Made by a program: the position numbers and the translations under genes. Positions 12,174 to 24,443 of a stretch of 64,000 bases of DNA are shown here, piece after piece. Every line of letters begins with the position of its first letter. Positions within the stretch are counted from its first letter, which is position 1. A model generated the notes under the pieces. The model saw nothing but the letters and a program-made list of their open reading frames with translations, did not search any database and was not told where the DNA came from. This DNA comes from Lepidodermella squamata. Taxonomy: Eukaryota; Animalia; Gastrotricha. The stretch covers positions 620,001 to 684,000 of the forward strand of contig JBLDXI010000034.1 in assembly GCA_047495785.1 (NCBI GenBank), given 5' to 3'.

Positions 12174-14883
12174 TTACATTTTCCTCTGTGACGTCTTCTT
12201 CCACTTACGGAACATTTTGTTCAACGAAACGTATTCATAGTTCTTTGTATTCAAAACAGCTGAAATATCGGCCAATCGAAGAAAAACTCCGTGCCCCTCC
12301 GGCGCGAAGAAATACCGCTTTCCTAGGAATGTCCCGTTTGTATAGCCAACTTTATCGTCCAGCTTAATGCCCGCGAAAACCGTCGTAGTCGGATTTGGCA
12401 TATCTAAAAGGCCGACGTAGCGAACAAGGCCTGAATACGTTGTGATTATTGGTATTTTAGTTTTGCTTTCGACAACCACTTTTTCTACAACTTTAGACAT
12501 GTCGTTCGTGGATAGGCTTGAAGGCACTTGGCCATCTTCTTTTGACGTCGGGATTCTGGCTGTTAGAGCTCGCCGAGCGACTTGAGATTTCGATCGAGTC
12601 ATCGTGAGATAACTCGTTGGCATAGCTCGGGCTGTTACAATTTCAGTCGAATCAGCAACAGGGCCTAAAGTGCCGCTTCCAGTTGGGATAGCGACCTTAT
12701 CTAGCCGGATTTGAACTCGAAGGCCGACTTTGATGTGGTCGAGAAGGAAATTGTCTTCAGTTGAGACGAGATCGCGAATGTGTTCGATGAGATTGAAGTT
12801 GATATCGGCTGGTATGGTACCAAGGTCTAAATAGCTAGGCACGGTTATTTGGTTTCCAGCCTGACTTCCAGACCTCTTCGTCCTGAAAAATTGAGGAAAA
12901 CACATTATAACTAGCCTAAATAGAAATTTTAGGAAAAGACGCCAGAAGATGAAAGCTGAAAGATGACAGTAAGGTCACCCAGAGAGTTTTCCTTTACCTG
13001 CTGTTAGTCTGTTGTGCTCTTTTTACAGTGAAAACTTCAGTGCTAGGCAACGGTTTTACCTAACGAATTTACTTACCCACTACCAGCGTCTGAATCTTCA
13101 TCATTTCCTTTGCCACGGTTAGAGCGATGCATACCAGGAATTCTGACTGCTTTCATTGTCTTCGCTGCAGCTTCCTCTTCCCGTTTCATCCTAAGAAAAT
13201 GAGCTTGAGTATTCGGAAGATCGGAATTAGGATTTTTTGTAAATCTTACTTTTCTCGCTGGAAAAATTGGTCATATTTGTCTCCTTCAACTCCTTCTGGA
13301 TAGGTAACCCCATCAACCGCTCGCTTCTTGATCTCCATAAAGTCATGCTTATCCATTTTATCGTAGTCACTGAACCAAGCTTCCAACATATGTAGAGCGT
13401 TCTTGCATTGCAAATTCTCTCGCTCTTTAACGATGCCCATCGATTTCAGAGTGCGAACTTCATCCTGCAGCGTTTTCATCTCTAGCGTTTCGTCCCGCGC
13501 GACTCGCAGTTCCTTCTCCATAGCTTCGATAACTAAACGGTAATGATTGCATCGGCGGCGGGTGTTTTCGAGTTCTATCGAATTTTTCTGGAGTTTGTCT
13601 TTCATGGAGACAGATTCGTCGAGGAGTTCGTTGACTTTAACGGCGTAAGCTCTGGAACTTTGAATCTCGGTCTCCATTCTTGCTGTAGCCCTCTGTGCCA
13701 ACCATTCTTGTTCCTTGAGAATCGCAACTTGCTCCTCCATTTGGCCTAGCGCTGAGTGTTTTTCCTTGAAAAAAAACATGAAGACATAAAAGTAATTGCT
13801 TATTAATAAGACTCGGAAACATGTAAAACAAAGTCACGCTCGAAGGGTCTTGAAATTCTCACGCAATCCAGGGAAGTTTAGACAGGGGGAAAAACAAGAA
13901 ACACGAGTGAAAGCAGAGACAATGGCATCGAAATACCAACTTTTTGTGCCTTCTGTATTCAAAAAATCAAAGCGTGGTGAGGAGTCGGGTTTCGAATGGG
14001 TATGTAATGGGAAAACTAAGCGTCTAGAATAACAAGGATCCAACTTACGGTAACTGCGCTCTCCAGAGACTGAATCTTGTTATGGTAAGTGTTCACGAGC
14101 AGTTCTTTCTCGCTCAGCGAAGCTCTGCGAGAAAAAGAAGAATTTCAGCATTAGAAATAACCCCTAACACTAACCCCAGTCATAACATCAACACTATCAC
14201 CAATCCTATCCTAACCCCAACCCTAACCCTAACCCTAATCCTATCCTATCCTAACCCCAACCCTAACCCTAATCCTATCCCAACCCTAACCATAACCCTA
14301 ATCCTATCCTAACCCTAACCCTAACTCTAACCCTCACCCTGAACTTAAGTCTAAACTGAACCTTCAACTTACCTTTGACGCTATCCTAAACTCTATACAT
14401 CTCTCTAAGATCTAAGATATTGGTAATCTAAGGCCTAAAGCAACTGAATTTCTGATTCCTTTTACTGACTCTTAGTAGGATTCCTATCTGCCATTTATTC
14501 TGTTGATTCTTGGTCGAAAATCGGAATGGTCTCTTAAATAAAGTCGAGTAACGTTCAACTTACTTTGTTTCGTTGAGTTCTTTCAAGTGATGGTTAACAG
14601 TCCACTCTAGCTTTTCGATTTCTTTCTTCGCTTTGATGTAAAGCTTCGCATCTACCATGTCAACAGGTGGCGTTGTTGCCTGCTGACTGCTGGCAGAGCC
14701 ACTCCTAGCATGCTCAATCGCGTGCCCAACGCGAGAATTAGACGACTGAGGCCGATGTACACTGCTGCCTGCCCGTTTAACTGGGCTCAGCTCAGGGGGC
14801 GCTTCCGGCCATTCTGGTTCGCCATTCTGCGACTGTATCTCAGCTGATGCCACAGATTGGTTTCTTGAATAAGTAGCCGCCAT
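12174..14883 (-). CDS. Coiled-coil protein with C-terminal CAP-Gly domain (5 exons)
   Basis: Exons 14883-14564, 14124-14049, 13764-13250, 13190-13077, 12882-12174 join in frame via GT-AG introns; GLVRYVG..FAGIKLD..GYTNGTFLGKRYF..GHGVF is the CAP-Gly signature. Confidence 0.88.
14158..14370. repeat. Degenerate (TAACCC)n telomere-like tract inside an intron
   Basis: Repeated ccctaa units with cctat/ccccaa variants. Confidence 0.85.
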
Positions 14884-16067
14884 TTTTTTCACAGACGAAA
14901 AAACCTAAAATAGATAGAAATTCAATAAAAGACCACACCCAGAACAGGAAATTGGCTTTATAGCAACTCAAACGAGAGAAAATCTAGCGGGTAATCCCCT
15001 GTCAATTCAATGATGAGGCCACGCGTTTTATTTTTGAGAAAATATTTGTTAAAGGAAACTTCTCCACACTCGCATGTATTCCTATAGCAAATAATAATAA
15101 CAGCGCCAAGGCGATTTGTATAGTGAATATAAAAAGTGCGCTGATCGATTTTTTGGCGCGTTAGTCTATATGTGAGAAAAAGTAAGCATACTGAGAATAC
15201 GAAAGAAAAAGTGTGCGGTGAAGCGTATCGTTTTAATATACACACAGCGCGTGCTGGTTGTCGCCTTGTCGACGGTATCGACTCGGTTATTGGCGATAAT
15301 TTTAAACACACGTAAGAATTAGAAATGTGGCACTGCGGTCTCTTTCTGGCAGAGGGCCCGGTTTGAGTAAATCAACTGCTCAACTGGTAAACAAAAAGCG
15401 TCGCAAAGTTGATAAATATAAAACCCTCTTGAATTTTGACAGTCCAACAATTCGGAGTATTCTCTTGACAACTGTATCAGCCTGACTCGCCCATTGTAGA
15501 TAAGAGTTAAATAAATTGGTGAAAATTGCTTATTGACTGGAATTGTCATGGATTCATGTCATTTCAAACATAGCTGGGTGATGGAAAGTTAAACCCCTTT
15601 CAATAAGCAATAAGCAATAAGCTCAATAAGCGAAATTGTTTAATCTCCTGGCGTTTAATAATTTCTGGACACGCGCCGAAGGCGAGTCTTTTTAAATCAT
15701 TTGAGACGAGGTGAAGCCGAGTCGAAATTGAACAAGCTCCGGCGTGAGTTTCCGATATATCAAAATGAAAAAGCAATTACTTGCACCAATTAGCTGCCCC
15801 TTTTCATTTGACAGCATTTTCAATTCCTTTTGTTGATTTTTGTCTTCATTTTGATAAAATGTCGAGGTTTCCGGAAATCGGCATACCTCCTGATATTACG
15901 TGCCGTGTTTACAATTCAAAATTCTTATCGCTTGAGATAAGGGATATACTGCCTGTTATATGAGCTGCATACGAATAATTTGCAAGTTTGAATCATTTTT
16001 TTCTTTTCGCCACGTGCCTCCTAATCGCCGATAAGTTTCTTTTTAATAAGTAAGACATCCATTTCAT

Positions 16068-17196
16068 ATGGACGACATAAGCTCGAAATATGAGCATGAA
16101 AAATTCAACGAGGCCTGTGTAACAGACGACGTAGCTTACTTTTCGGCTAATGTCGACGCGGCGATATCACTTTTTGGAGCCGATGCTATCGCTGGAATAC
16201 TGAGTGCTGCCGCAAGTCCCAAGTGCCTCAGACATCTATTATCAGTTGCAAGCGTTAACGTGAACGCGAAAGTTTCAAATTTTGTAGAATGGCGGAAGAA
16301 ATTTATCAAAAAATCGGAACAAAGGTGCTTAGCAGCTGCATGCAATCTTTCGATCACACGTCTTGATTTCGGGTCTGTTTCATGTTTCATTTTGGATGTA
16401 CAGAGGATGGAGAGATCATCTGATTGTGAATGATGAAAATCGAGTCGAAACTGTTAAAATTTTATTGGATCACGGCGCTCAAATCAACTTCATCGATATA
16501 TGGAACCGAACAGCTCTAGGATTAAGCGTTGCTTTTGGTCCTTTTTTGAGACCTTTGGTTGAACTTCTCCTCAGCCGTGGTGCAGATGTAGATTCTAAGT
16601 TTTTTCATTCATCTGCCTTGATCACAGCGAGGCATAATGAATATTTGGAAGCCGCTATACTGCTTATCCAAGCCGGGGTGCACTTCGAAGAGATTCCAAC
16701 AGAGTTTAGCCACTGCTATTGTTTTTTGTATTTTAACTCTGATACGGCTTTTATCGGAGGATGTGAAATCGTCATTTTTCCCCGCGGTTCAAAAGCCGAA
16801 TTTTTCAAAGCTGTGACCAAGGCTGGATTTCGTTGCAGGGTGTGTGCTAAGAATATCTACAAAGTCGTGGCAAGATGGGCATGCGATCAAATGGAAAACC
16901 CGTCGCAAATCGATCATCAGCTGTTCGACATGCTACTGTTCTCTCGCATGACATCCTCGTTTGTTCCGAACCAATGCAAAACGCGGCGAGAATACGATGC
17001 AAATAAACTAAGTGCCCTAAACGCAATTTTGCTGCCATATTCCTGGCAGCTTTTCCCAATGAAGCTACAAGCAATGTGTAGAATGGCTATCCTCAACCGA
17101 CTACCGACTGGTTACAAAAAACGGGCCGATGCTATAAATAATGGACTAGGCAACGTTTTACCGCCTTTACTGCTTAGCTATTTGAAATTTGAGTAA
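16068..17196 (+). CDS. Ankyrin + SOCS-box (ASB-like) protein, copy 1 (frameshift or tiny intron)
   Basis: ORFs 16068-16433 and 16363-17196; ankyrin repeats; PMKLQAMCRMAI..LPPLLLSYL SOCS box. Removing a 31-nt GT-AG segment 16373-16403 would restore the frame; otherwise a pseudogene. Confidence 0.75.
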
Positions 17197-17287
17197 ATTT
17201 TACTTCACTTGCAATAAAAAGATATTGCAACAAGAGCATCTAGGAACCTATTCAATTGAAGTTTTACATAGGGTCATAGCAGTAAAT

Positions 17288-17380
17288 GGGACTTGTCTTG
17301 ACTGAGGTCCTGTTTTAAGGGTTTTTATTACTTGACTTGAGACTTGACTTAATATTTTCTGCAAGACTTGACTTGTTTGT
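17288..17380. repeat. GACTT-repeat transposon-end fragment (related copy ~48176-48270)
   Basis: Clustered gacttgactt units at both places. Confidence 0.45.
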
Positions 17381-17887
17381 TTGACACTGACGCCATTCAC
17401 GCGCCTTGCACTCGAGACCCGACTCGTGACCTGACGCCGCCAGATGACACCATACCAAATGAATTTAACGGATAGGGTAGAGTCTCCTAATGATGCATAA
17501 ATGAGGGGTCAAAATTTTGAAAATTTGTTTCTCATCAGCCGTTGGGTCTTTTTCGAAGCGGTTTGCGCTGGGATGTGTCTTAGGGTCCCCTTAATCACCC
17601 TACAAAAGCTCACGATTATGCAACACATGGCCGATGAGCCATTGTTGATCAGCCGAAGTGAGCCACGATTATGCACCATTGGGGCCGTGCCCTTTTGATG
17701 CATAACTTATTTTTTTCCTGCCCCAATATGCATAACTCACGATTTTGACCTGAAAGTAACTGGAAAGGGTAAATCGACCCCGTAGATCACGATTCTGATG
17801 TCAGAATGCAGTAGAAATGCACAGAAGCCTCGTTTTTGACGACGGGACATTGGCAGTCGGTAGACATAACAGTGGCTTTTACACAGG

Positions 17888-18015
17888 CTTTTATTTGTCG
17901 GTTTTTAACCGCGGTTTCTTTATGCCCTGTGTTAAAATGGGTAGCTAAGTGAGTCTATAATACGTAATTAACCACCCCGTTATTCACAGAGCGGTTAAAA
18001 ACCGACAAATAAAAG
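17888..18015. repeat. 25-bp perfect inverted repeat (MITE-like)
   Basis: cttttatttgtcggtttttaaccgc (17888-17912) and gcggttaaaaaccgacaaataaaag (17991-18015). Confidence 0.75.
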
Positions 18016-18176
18016 GGGTATGTATGGAAACCGTGGCGCTAAGCTTTGGCGGTCTTATCATTCTATCTTGACCCTAATAATATCATATCTAAGTATTGCA
18101 TAATCTCCATCTTTCTGTTGTCAATCTATCATCTTTATACTTGGCATTGCTTGGACTGATGAGTGGCTAGACCACG

Positions 18177-19057
18177 TGTTGGGGGATATAAAGGCGGGAT
18201 GAAATCGATCTATCTTTGTGATCTGTTTCCATCCCTAGGTAAGAGTATTGCCTTTGTTCATTTACATTGTGTATACATTGTGATCTGTTTCCATCCCTAG
18301 ATTGTTAATATCTACGTTCTGCTACTTACAACCTTTACGAACTACTACAGGTTATGGGCCCAGCGAAACCTAAGTCACAAGCTGCTTCCTCTGCCGAAGG
18401 CGAACCCATCGAAGGTGAAATCCCGATGGACCACGACATGGCTGTCGACCCTCCGGCTTCCGGAGATGAACCCGGATCTATGTCTGACCGCGAAGCTGCT
18501 GCGGCTGCCGCCGCCGCCGCCTCTGCTTTAGCTCATTCTCATTCTCTCATTCTCATTTTTATTGCAAATTGTTTTTCAACAGTTAGCAAATAGTTAGGTT
18601 TAGTTTAGCAGAAAGTTGTTTCTGCTAAACTAAACTCTGCTAGCTGAAGAGTTCCTGCGGCAGAAGGAACGAGAGCGACTTCTGAAGACCAGCCGTTCGG
18701 CATCGGATCAGACCTCTAGCTCTGGTCGAATTTCCCGTGGTCTCCTGTCCTCTTCAGGTGGCGCTTCAGGCGGCGCTTCGATTGGTGCTTCGATTGGCGT
18801 TTCGGGTGGTGTTTCGGGTGGTACTTCAAGGGGTGCTTCGAGTGGTGCTGCTAGCGTCGGTCCGTCTCCGGGTACGTCGGGTGGTATGCCCTCACGTTCG
18901 CCCGCCGAGCCAGTACGGTCTTCAACTGAGATTGCGCACTCGATCCACAAGGCCGCCGCCATCCTTGGCGGCGCAAGAGGCCCGTTGACGGACATACCGG
19001 TCCTCGTCAACAACGCTCACGGCAATAACTTCGCTAGGTGGGATCGCCACCTACGTT
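18177..19057 (+). mobile_element. Ty1/Copia retrotransposon 5' end: LTR, PBS, start of gag
   Basis: LTR TGTT..TACA 18177-18349 with TATAAA; PBS GGTTATGGGCCCAG 18350-18363 (classical copia half-tRNAiMet PBS); gag with NNFARW motif; gag resumes at 37629. Confidence 0.88.
18534..18634 (-). mobile_element. Short non-LTR retroelement 3' tail inserted in Copia gag
   Basis: Minus strand has AATAAA followed by a (GAATGA)n-like tail; 17-bp hairpin 18597-18634; flanked by duplicated ctctgct(tt)agct. Confidence 0.55.
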
Positions 19058-19564
19058 GGGTGCGTTTCTTTATCTCCAACAGAGATGAAATTATTAACAA
19101 AACAAGCCATAAACAGGCCATTTCTTTATTTCTGTTGAAATTATTAGTTGAACCAGAAATTATTTCTTTATTCTGATTATTGTTGGATCTACTATAATAA
19201 TCAGCTAGCGTTTCATTCATTAAACATCGATGATTTTGCGCTATAAGGAGCCAATGAAAAAATTCCTATCCAGAGTACTACGCACACATGTAGTAAGATA
19301 TAGCCCATTGTATTCTGTGTGAAAAAAATATATGTACTGGGCAAATAATGACCAACAAATATCTTCGATACTGCGGTCATTCTGAGGTATCTGCGCTGGG
19401 AATTCCGAGATAATCATGGAGGAAACGTTTCAGAAACTCATGGACTGAATCGTTATTAGACAGCTCGAGTAAAACACAGTTCAAACTCTCAACAATAAGC
19501 TTGTTTTAATAATTTTGAAACGCTTTCAAGTAGTCATATCCATCCAAGTTTCGAGGGCGTAATG

Positions 19565-21461
19565 TCACGGCGGAGGTTTAGCGTCAATGCTGCAAGCAGT
19601 AGGTTTGTCTGCGTCTTCTTCGTAAGCTATTATGACTGAGCGATAAGCTTCTGGAATGGTGCCTTTGCTGACCATTTCGATGAGATCCTTCTTAAGACTG
19701 GATTCGATCGGCAATCGCTTTTCGTATTTTTGAACAAGTTGGAAAGGAAACAAAATGACGTCTTTGTTGTAGCGCTTGGCGACGAAAGTATGAAAAGCCA
19801 AGTCGAAAGTTTTCTTGGTTTGGAGATAATTAGGGTAGTCCTTCTCGTATTTGAACCAACATGGCTACGACCATTTAACATCATTTTTCTGTTCGTCTTG
19901 CAAATACTGAGCGAACTTTGGTGACTTGTCAAAGCTGAAGAAGCTTACAAATTGCGTTTCAGTTATGCTGTATGGTTTCACTTTCAAGCGGTTTGGTGTT
20001 TCCTCGCCGTACACTTCGAGTCTCAGATCAGCATCAATCGGAGCCTTCCGCGACGCGGCCACGATTTCTCTCCATTCCTTTGAATAGCTGATGTTGACTC
20101 GTTTCTTAGCTTCCCTTTCAATAGTGGCATGCACGGAATCACATTCCATTTGCGAGTGGCCCGGCTCGAAAAACTTGTGATCGATGACTTTGAGATTACC
20201 TTTGGAATTGGACAAGGCTGCGAATAAAGCGTTGACAATGTACTGAGATTTGTTTTGGCTTCCAGTGCTGTCGCTCCATAGAATCAACTGCTCAACTTCG
20301 TCAGGAATCATTTCAGTGATGAATTTATAGAGACATTAACCAACTTCATCCGTCCCACGACCCCCTTCTGTTTGATCCCACATGAAACAATAGACATCTT
20401 TTGATGAAGTATCGTAGAAAGTCAGGTTTGAGGTGTGGAACTTTTTTTGTACATTATCGAGCAGCAAGGGCTTTCGAGGATTGACTGCATATCAAACTGG
20501 ATGCACAAGATCAATCCTTTCGACTGTTTTGCTAGAATTTTGTCAGCATTCTTGGCATCTCTTGCAGCGTCTCTGTTGGATTCGTGGTTCCGTTTCTCCA
20601 CGATCACTTCATGGGTGAACAGTTCATCCGGCAAAGTCGCAAATCGTGTGCATTTCTTGCAGGTGTCCTTCTTCGGATGACTGAAAGCGAGATTGGGAAA
20701 AGATCTCTTGAATATGGATCGGTAAGTAGCGTATTTGACGGGTTTCTCATCAGTACGCAGAGCCCAGTTTTGGTGTGCTATGCAGTACATTCGATGCATT
20801 TCCTTCAGATTGAGCGCGGACCCGAGATATTGCTTGCTAGTTTGACTTCTCGCATAATGACTGTCTAATCGCTCGAAAGAAGTGATGTGCTGATAAACAA
20901 ATTTGTAAGAATTATCGCTGGTGGTATTCGGCGGCTTATGGCGACCGCGTTGATCTGGTATGATGTAGAAGCCGTCTTCGACTTTTTTCTCAACAGTTGT
21001 GTTTATAAAAGCGCGAGTTTCATCTCGAGCGCCTTCAGAAAGAAAGACCTGCATACTTCGATTGAGTCCCTAGATTGTGAAGGCGAAGGGGTTGCCAAGT
21101 AGTTGCCTGGTAAGTAATAATCAAATCTTCGAGGACCATTCTCTCGTTTCTGTTTATAACTGACGTAACGGTTGATGAATGCTCGTCTAGCGTCGATAGA
21201 TGCTCGGGACCAGTAAGTGTTAAAGCATTGTTTGACTGAATTTTCATTGAATTTCAAGGAGCATTTACGCCAGCAACCACACTTGAAGTAAACAGGCTTA
21301 CGACCGGAATTAAACTTAGCGCTAACCCCTTTATCTGACTGACGGTAGGGTTTCCCAGAGTTGCGCTTGCGTTTTCTTTCCATCGCTTGTTTGGATGGGC
21401 GGTGTCTAGAATCCACTATCCTCGGAGGAAACTGTTTCAGCCAATGGTCGTTATCAGTCAT
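19565..21461 (-). pseudogene. Sola1-like DDD transposase, disrupted
   Basis: Pieces with CGCWRKC, DQRGRH, SHYAR, PKKDTCKKC, FDMQ, LWSDS..QNK, GHSQMECDSVH; several frameshifts and a stop near 20337. Confidence 0.8.
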
Positions 21462-21739
21462 CAGCTCAAATCGTTGTTAAAAATGAAACGTTGAATGCTT
21501 TAGTCCTAAATGACAAGCGTCATAAATTAAAATGTCAAGGATAGAAAACAGGGAGTTGTCGAAAGCCGAATTGCCAATCTGAGAAGTTCTGTTCTTGACC
21601 TAAGGCTGTATGACCTCAGATTAACAGCTACCGATGAAGGATTGCCCAACTGAGTAAAGATGGAAGTTAAAGTGGCCAGTAATCGGGAGTTGTAAATATC
21701 ATAACAAAGCGATAGGTTCACTTTGTATATTGCTGTGAA

Positions 21740-21900
21740 AGGTATTTATCAGCCAAAACATAAACCAGAAATTCCAATGCCGGGTGAAACCCGGTACTAT
21801 ACTGTCAAAATTGATTGTCCGTCCGTCTGTCCGTCCGTCCGTCTGTCCGTCCGTCTGAAGCCGCGCACGCGCGCACTTGACCCGCACACCTTCAATAAAA
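21740..21900. mobile_element. DINE-1/Helitron-like fragment with (CCGT/CTGT)n
   Basis: gtccgtccgtctgtccgtccgtccgtctgtccgt tract at 21817-21857, preceded by a short hairpin ccgggtgaaacccgg. Confidence 0.45.
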
Positions 21901-22264
21901 TGCCCTGCGCGCACAAGTAAAATAATAGCGATGGCACGCACATTATTTATTTCCCCGAAATTTTTCGATTGCTCCACAACTACGATGAATTTTTTTATGC
22001 GGTTTTCAGCAAATGATAGGTCTAGTCTGTGGTCAAAATTCCAGAAAATTTTGTTTGAAAAGGATGTGGGCAGAAAAACTGGCAACAAATGCGATCATAG
22101 TATTTCTTCGTTTTTCATAATAAACATCGGCATAAAATCGGCGATAGTTAACTGTTGTTAGCTAATCGTTGGAGTCATTATCATCGTTATCATCATCACT
22201 AGTATTCGTAAATATTGATATCTCCAGGATCAGAAAGGCAGTCAATACAATACAATAATCCGAT

Positions 22265-22870
22265 TAGTTATAAAGTTCTAGCGTGCTACTTACTTATTGA
22301 GCTTCCTTGGCAGAACTTGGAATAATTTCACGCACACGATCAAGATTTTTTTAAATAATAAATAATATTATTATCATCATGATAGCATTTTATCATCTTA
22401 ATAGACAAGAATCAGGCGGTAAGCGGTAACGACTCTATATCGCGTATATCGGTGGGCGACAGAACAACTTGCCTACAATAGAAAAAAAGGCCTACAATAG
22501 AAAACCCATAAATCTCATTAATCTATTTCATACGCCCCATTTTATTCGAAGATGCGATGAAAACGGGATAGCATGTGACTATTCTTTACTACTTTTCCTA
22601 CTTCAGCCCACTTTTCCTCATTTTTTGATCATTTTCGTATAAGCCTGGGTTAGTATTTCGGTAACTAGTTATAAAGTTTTATCGTACTATATACTTCCTG
22701 ACTTTTCCCCGAACTATTGGAATAAGTTCACACAATCAACATTATTTTAAAATAAGGCATTCTTCTTTTAATATTATTATCATCGCGATAGCTTTTTATT
22801 ATCGTAAATAGTCGTAAATCAGGCGGCGAGCGGTGAAGACTCCATATCGTGGGGTTGGCGACTTGCCTAA
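22265..22870. repeat. Diverged ~200-bp direct repeat pair
   Basis: 22265-22470 resembles 22666-22870 (tagttataaagtt...aatcaggcgg...); the ends resemble the MITE at 44580. Confidence 0.6.
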
Positions 22871-23154
22871 AAAGATAAAATGGCATAGCCGCCAACAATT
22901 GATTGCGCTGCGAAAGCTAACCCTTTTATTGCCGAATTATTCAACTACTGTAGAAATTCGACATCATTTCCATGGGCCTTGGGGTCCCTGATTTTCGCCG
23001 AATTGCAGAATAGTTTGACATTTGAGCCAAATGTTTGGCATAGGATCCATTATTGGAAGATATTAAACTAGTTTTCAGAGCAAATTGGCAAAAAACTAGT
23101 TGGATTCTCAATCCAACTAAATTGCTTATCAGACTACGTCATATATTTCAATAT

Positions 23155-23325
23155 CAGTATATTCGGACACTTTAAGATACTGATTTCCGATGAATACCTG
23201 ATTAGACAGCTGTTTCCCCGGCGCGTCTTCGAGTTAGCCCCGTGTTGTGTCCTTCATCAACCGAAACAGAGCTGGTGAGTTTGCCACGACCTTGACCTCG
23301 GGTACTGACGGCTTCGTCAACAGAT
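23155..23325. repeat. Dispersed repeat, second copy at ~51625-51805
   Basis: cagtatattc(g/c)gacactttaagatac...aaacagagctggtgagtt shared. Confidence 0.7.
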
Positions 23326-24443
23326 TGATGCGATATGCGATAACTGTTAACCGTCTACGACCGCACTTTGGCTCAGATACCACAGGTTCAGCTTGGGCTT
23401 AAGGCTGTACACTGTTAAGGCTGTACAAAAACTGGCCGAAATCGTCCTATTCGCCCAGCTGATTTCAGGCGATTTTTCGAGCACCCTGATTTCTGTGTCA
23501 GGTGCCTTCAGCTTTGGAATTTTGGATTACAAATTATTCCCACGAATGTCCATAAGATTCTCCCTCACTTATAAGTATCACCGAAAAAAATCAGTTTAAA
23601 CAAGTTTTAGAGGCTTAGCATTCATATCTGAATTCAGCTTTTCAAGTTTTTCCTCGCTACAGTTTTTGCAGCACAAGATCGCGCACTCCGCCTGTATAAC
23701 TCTGGACGGATAGGACTAATTCGGCCGGTTTGATTGCATTTTAATAGCATCGCCATTTTTAATTTCCAAATCGAAAAAATTGAAGTGGCGTAACCAGCTG
23801 GTTGTTTTGGTTGTTCAAACAACTACAAAAATGAAAACTAAAATCCCCTCTTCCGCCCATTTTCTCTAGAAAATCTCTCTAATTGCTTATGATGTGAAAG
23901 AATTTGTTGCAAAATTGCCAAAATGTTTCTCGCTTCGCTCGAAAACCCGATAGCACCGATATTTCCTATGGAAAATCGGCACTATTCGACCTAGGATTCT
24001 TCTGAGAAAAAATGAAACTTCAACTCTCAGATTCACAACAACTACCAAATCAATTTCCTGGTTACGCCTCTGCACAGAGGTCAGAGGTCAATGAGGCTAT
24101 GGCGGACACGGATGTATTTTTTGTTGGATCAAAAAATGACCAGAACCCTATGAAATTTCCGTTGAGAAAAATCGAAATTTCAATCTCAGGTTGACTATTT
24201 TAAATTGCTATTATGCCCTGACCATGCATGATAACGGTGCCCTGGTCTCAAAACCTTGTAGCCAACATCGAAAAGCAATATTCCTAAAAGGGCGTTCAAG
24301 AATATTTCTCAAATTCAGTTTTCTGCGAAATCGTCCTTCCCGCTGTGAAAGGGTTAAGAGTAAAGAGTGAATGTTACGGCGAAACGAGAAATTATTGATA
24401 AAATAGCACAAACGTTTCGGGTTAGTTTTTGTAACTGCTAACG

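Noticed and set aside
14082-14312. ORF with PNPNPN repeats
   Set aside because: Translation of the TAACCC tract, antisense within an intron.
18644-18680. CTGAAGA-GTTCC..GGAAC-GAGA hammerhead-like string
   Set aside because: GAAA box is GAGA, stem III is absent, and it is gag coding sequence (AEEFLRQKERE).
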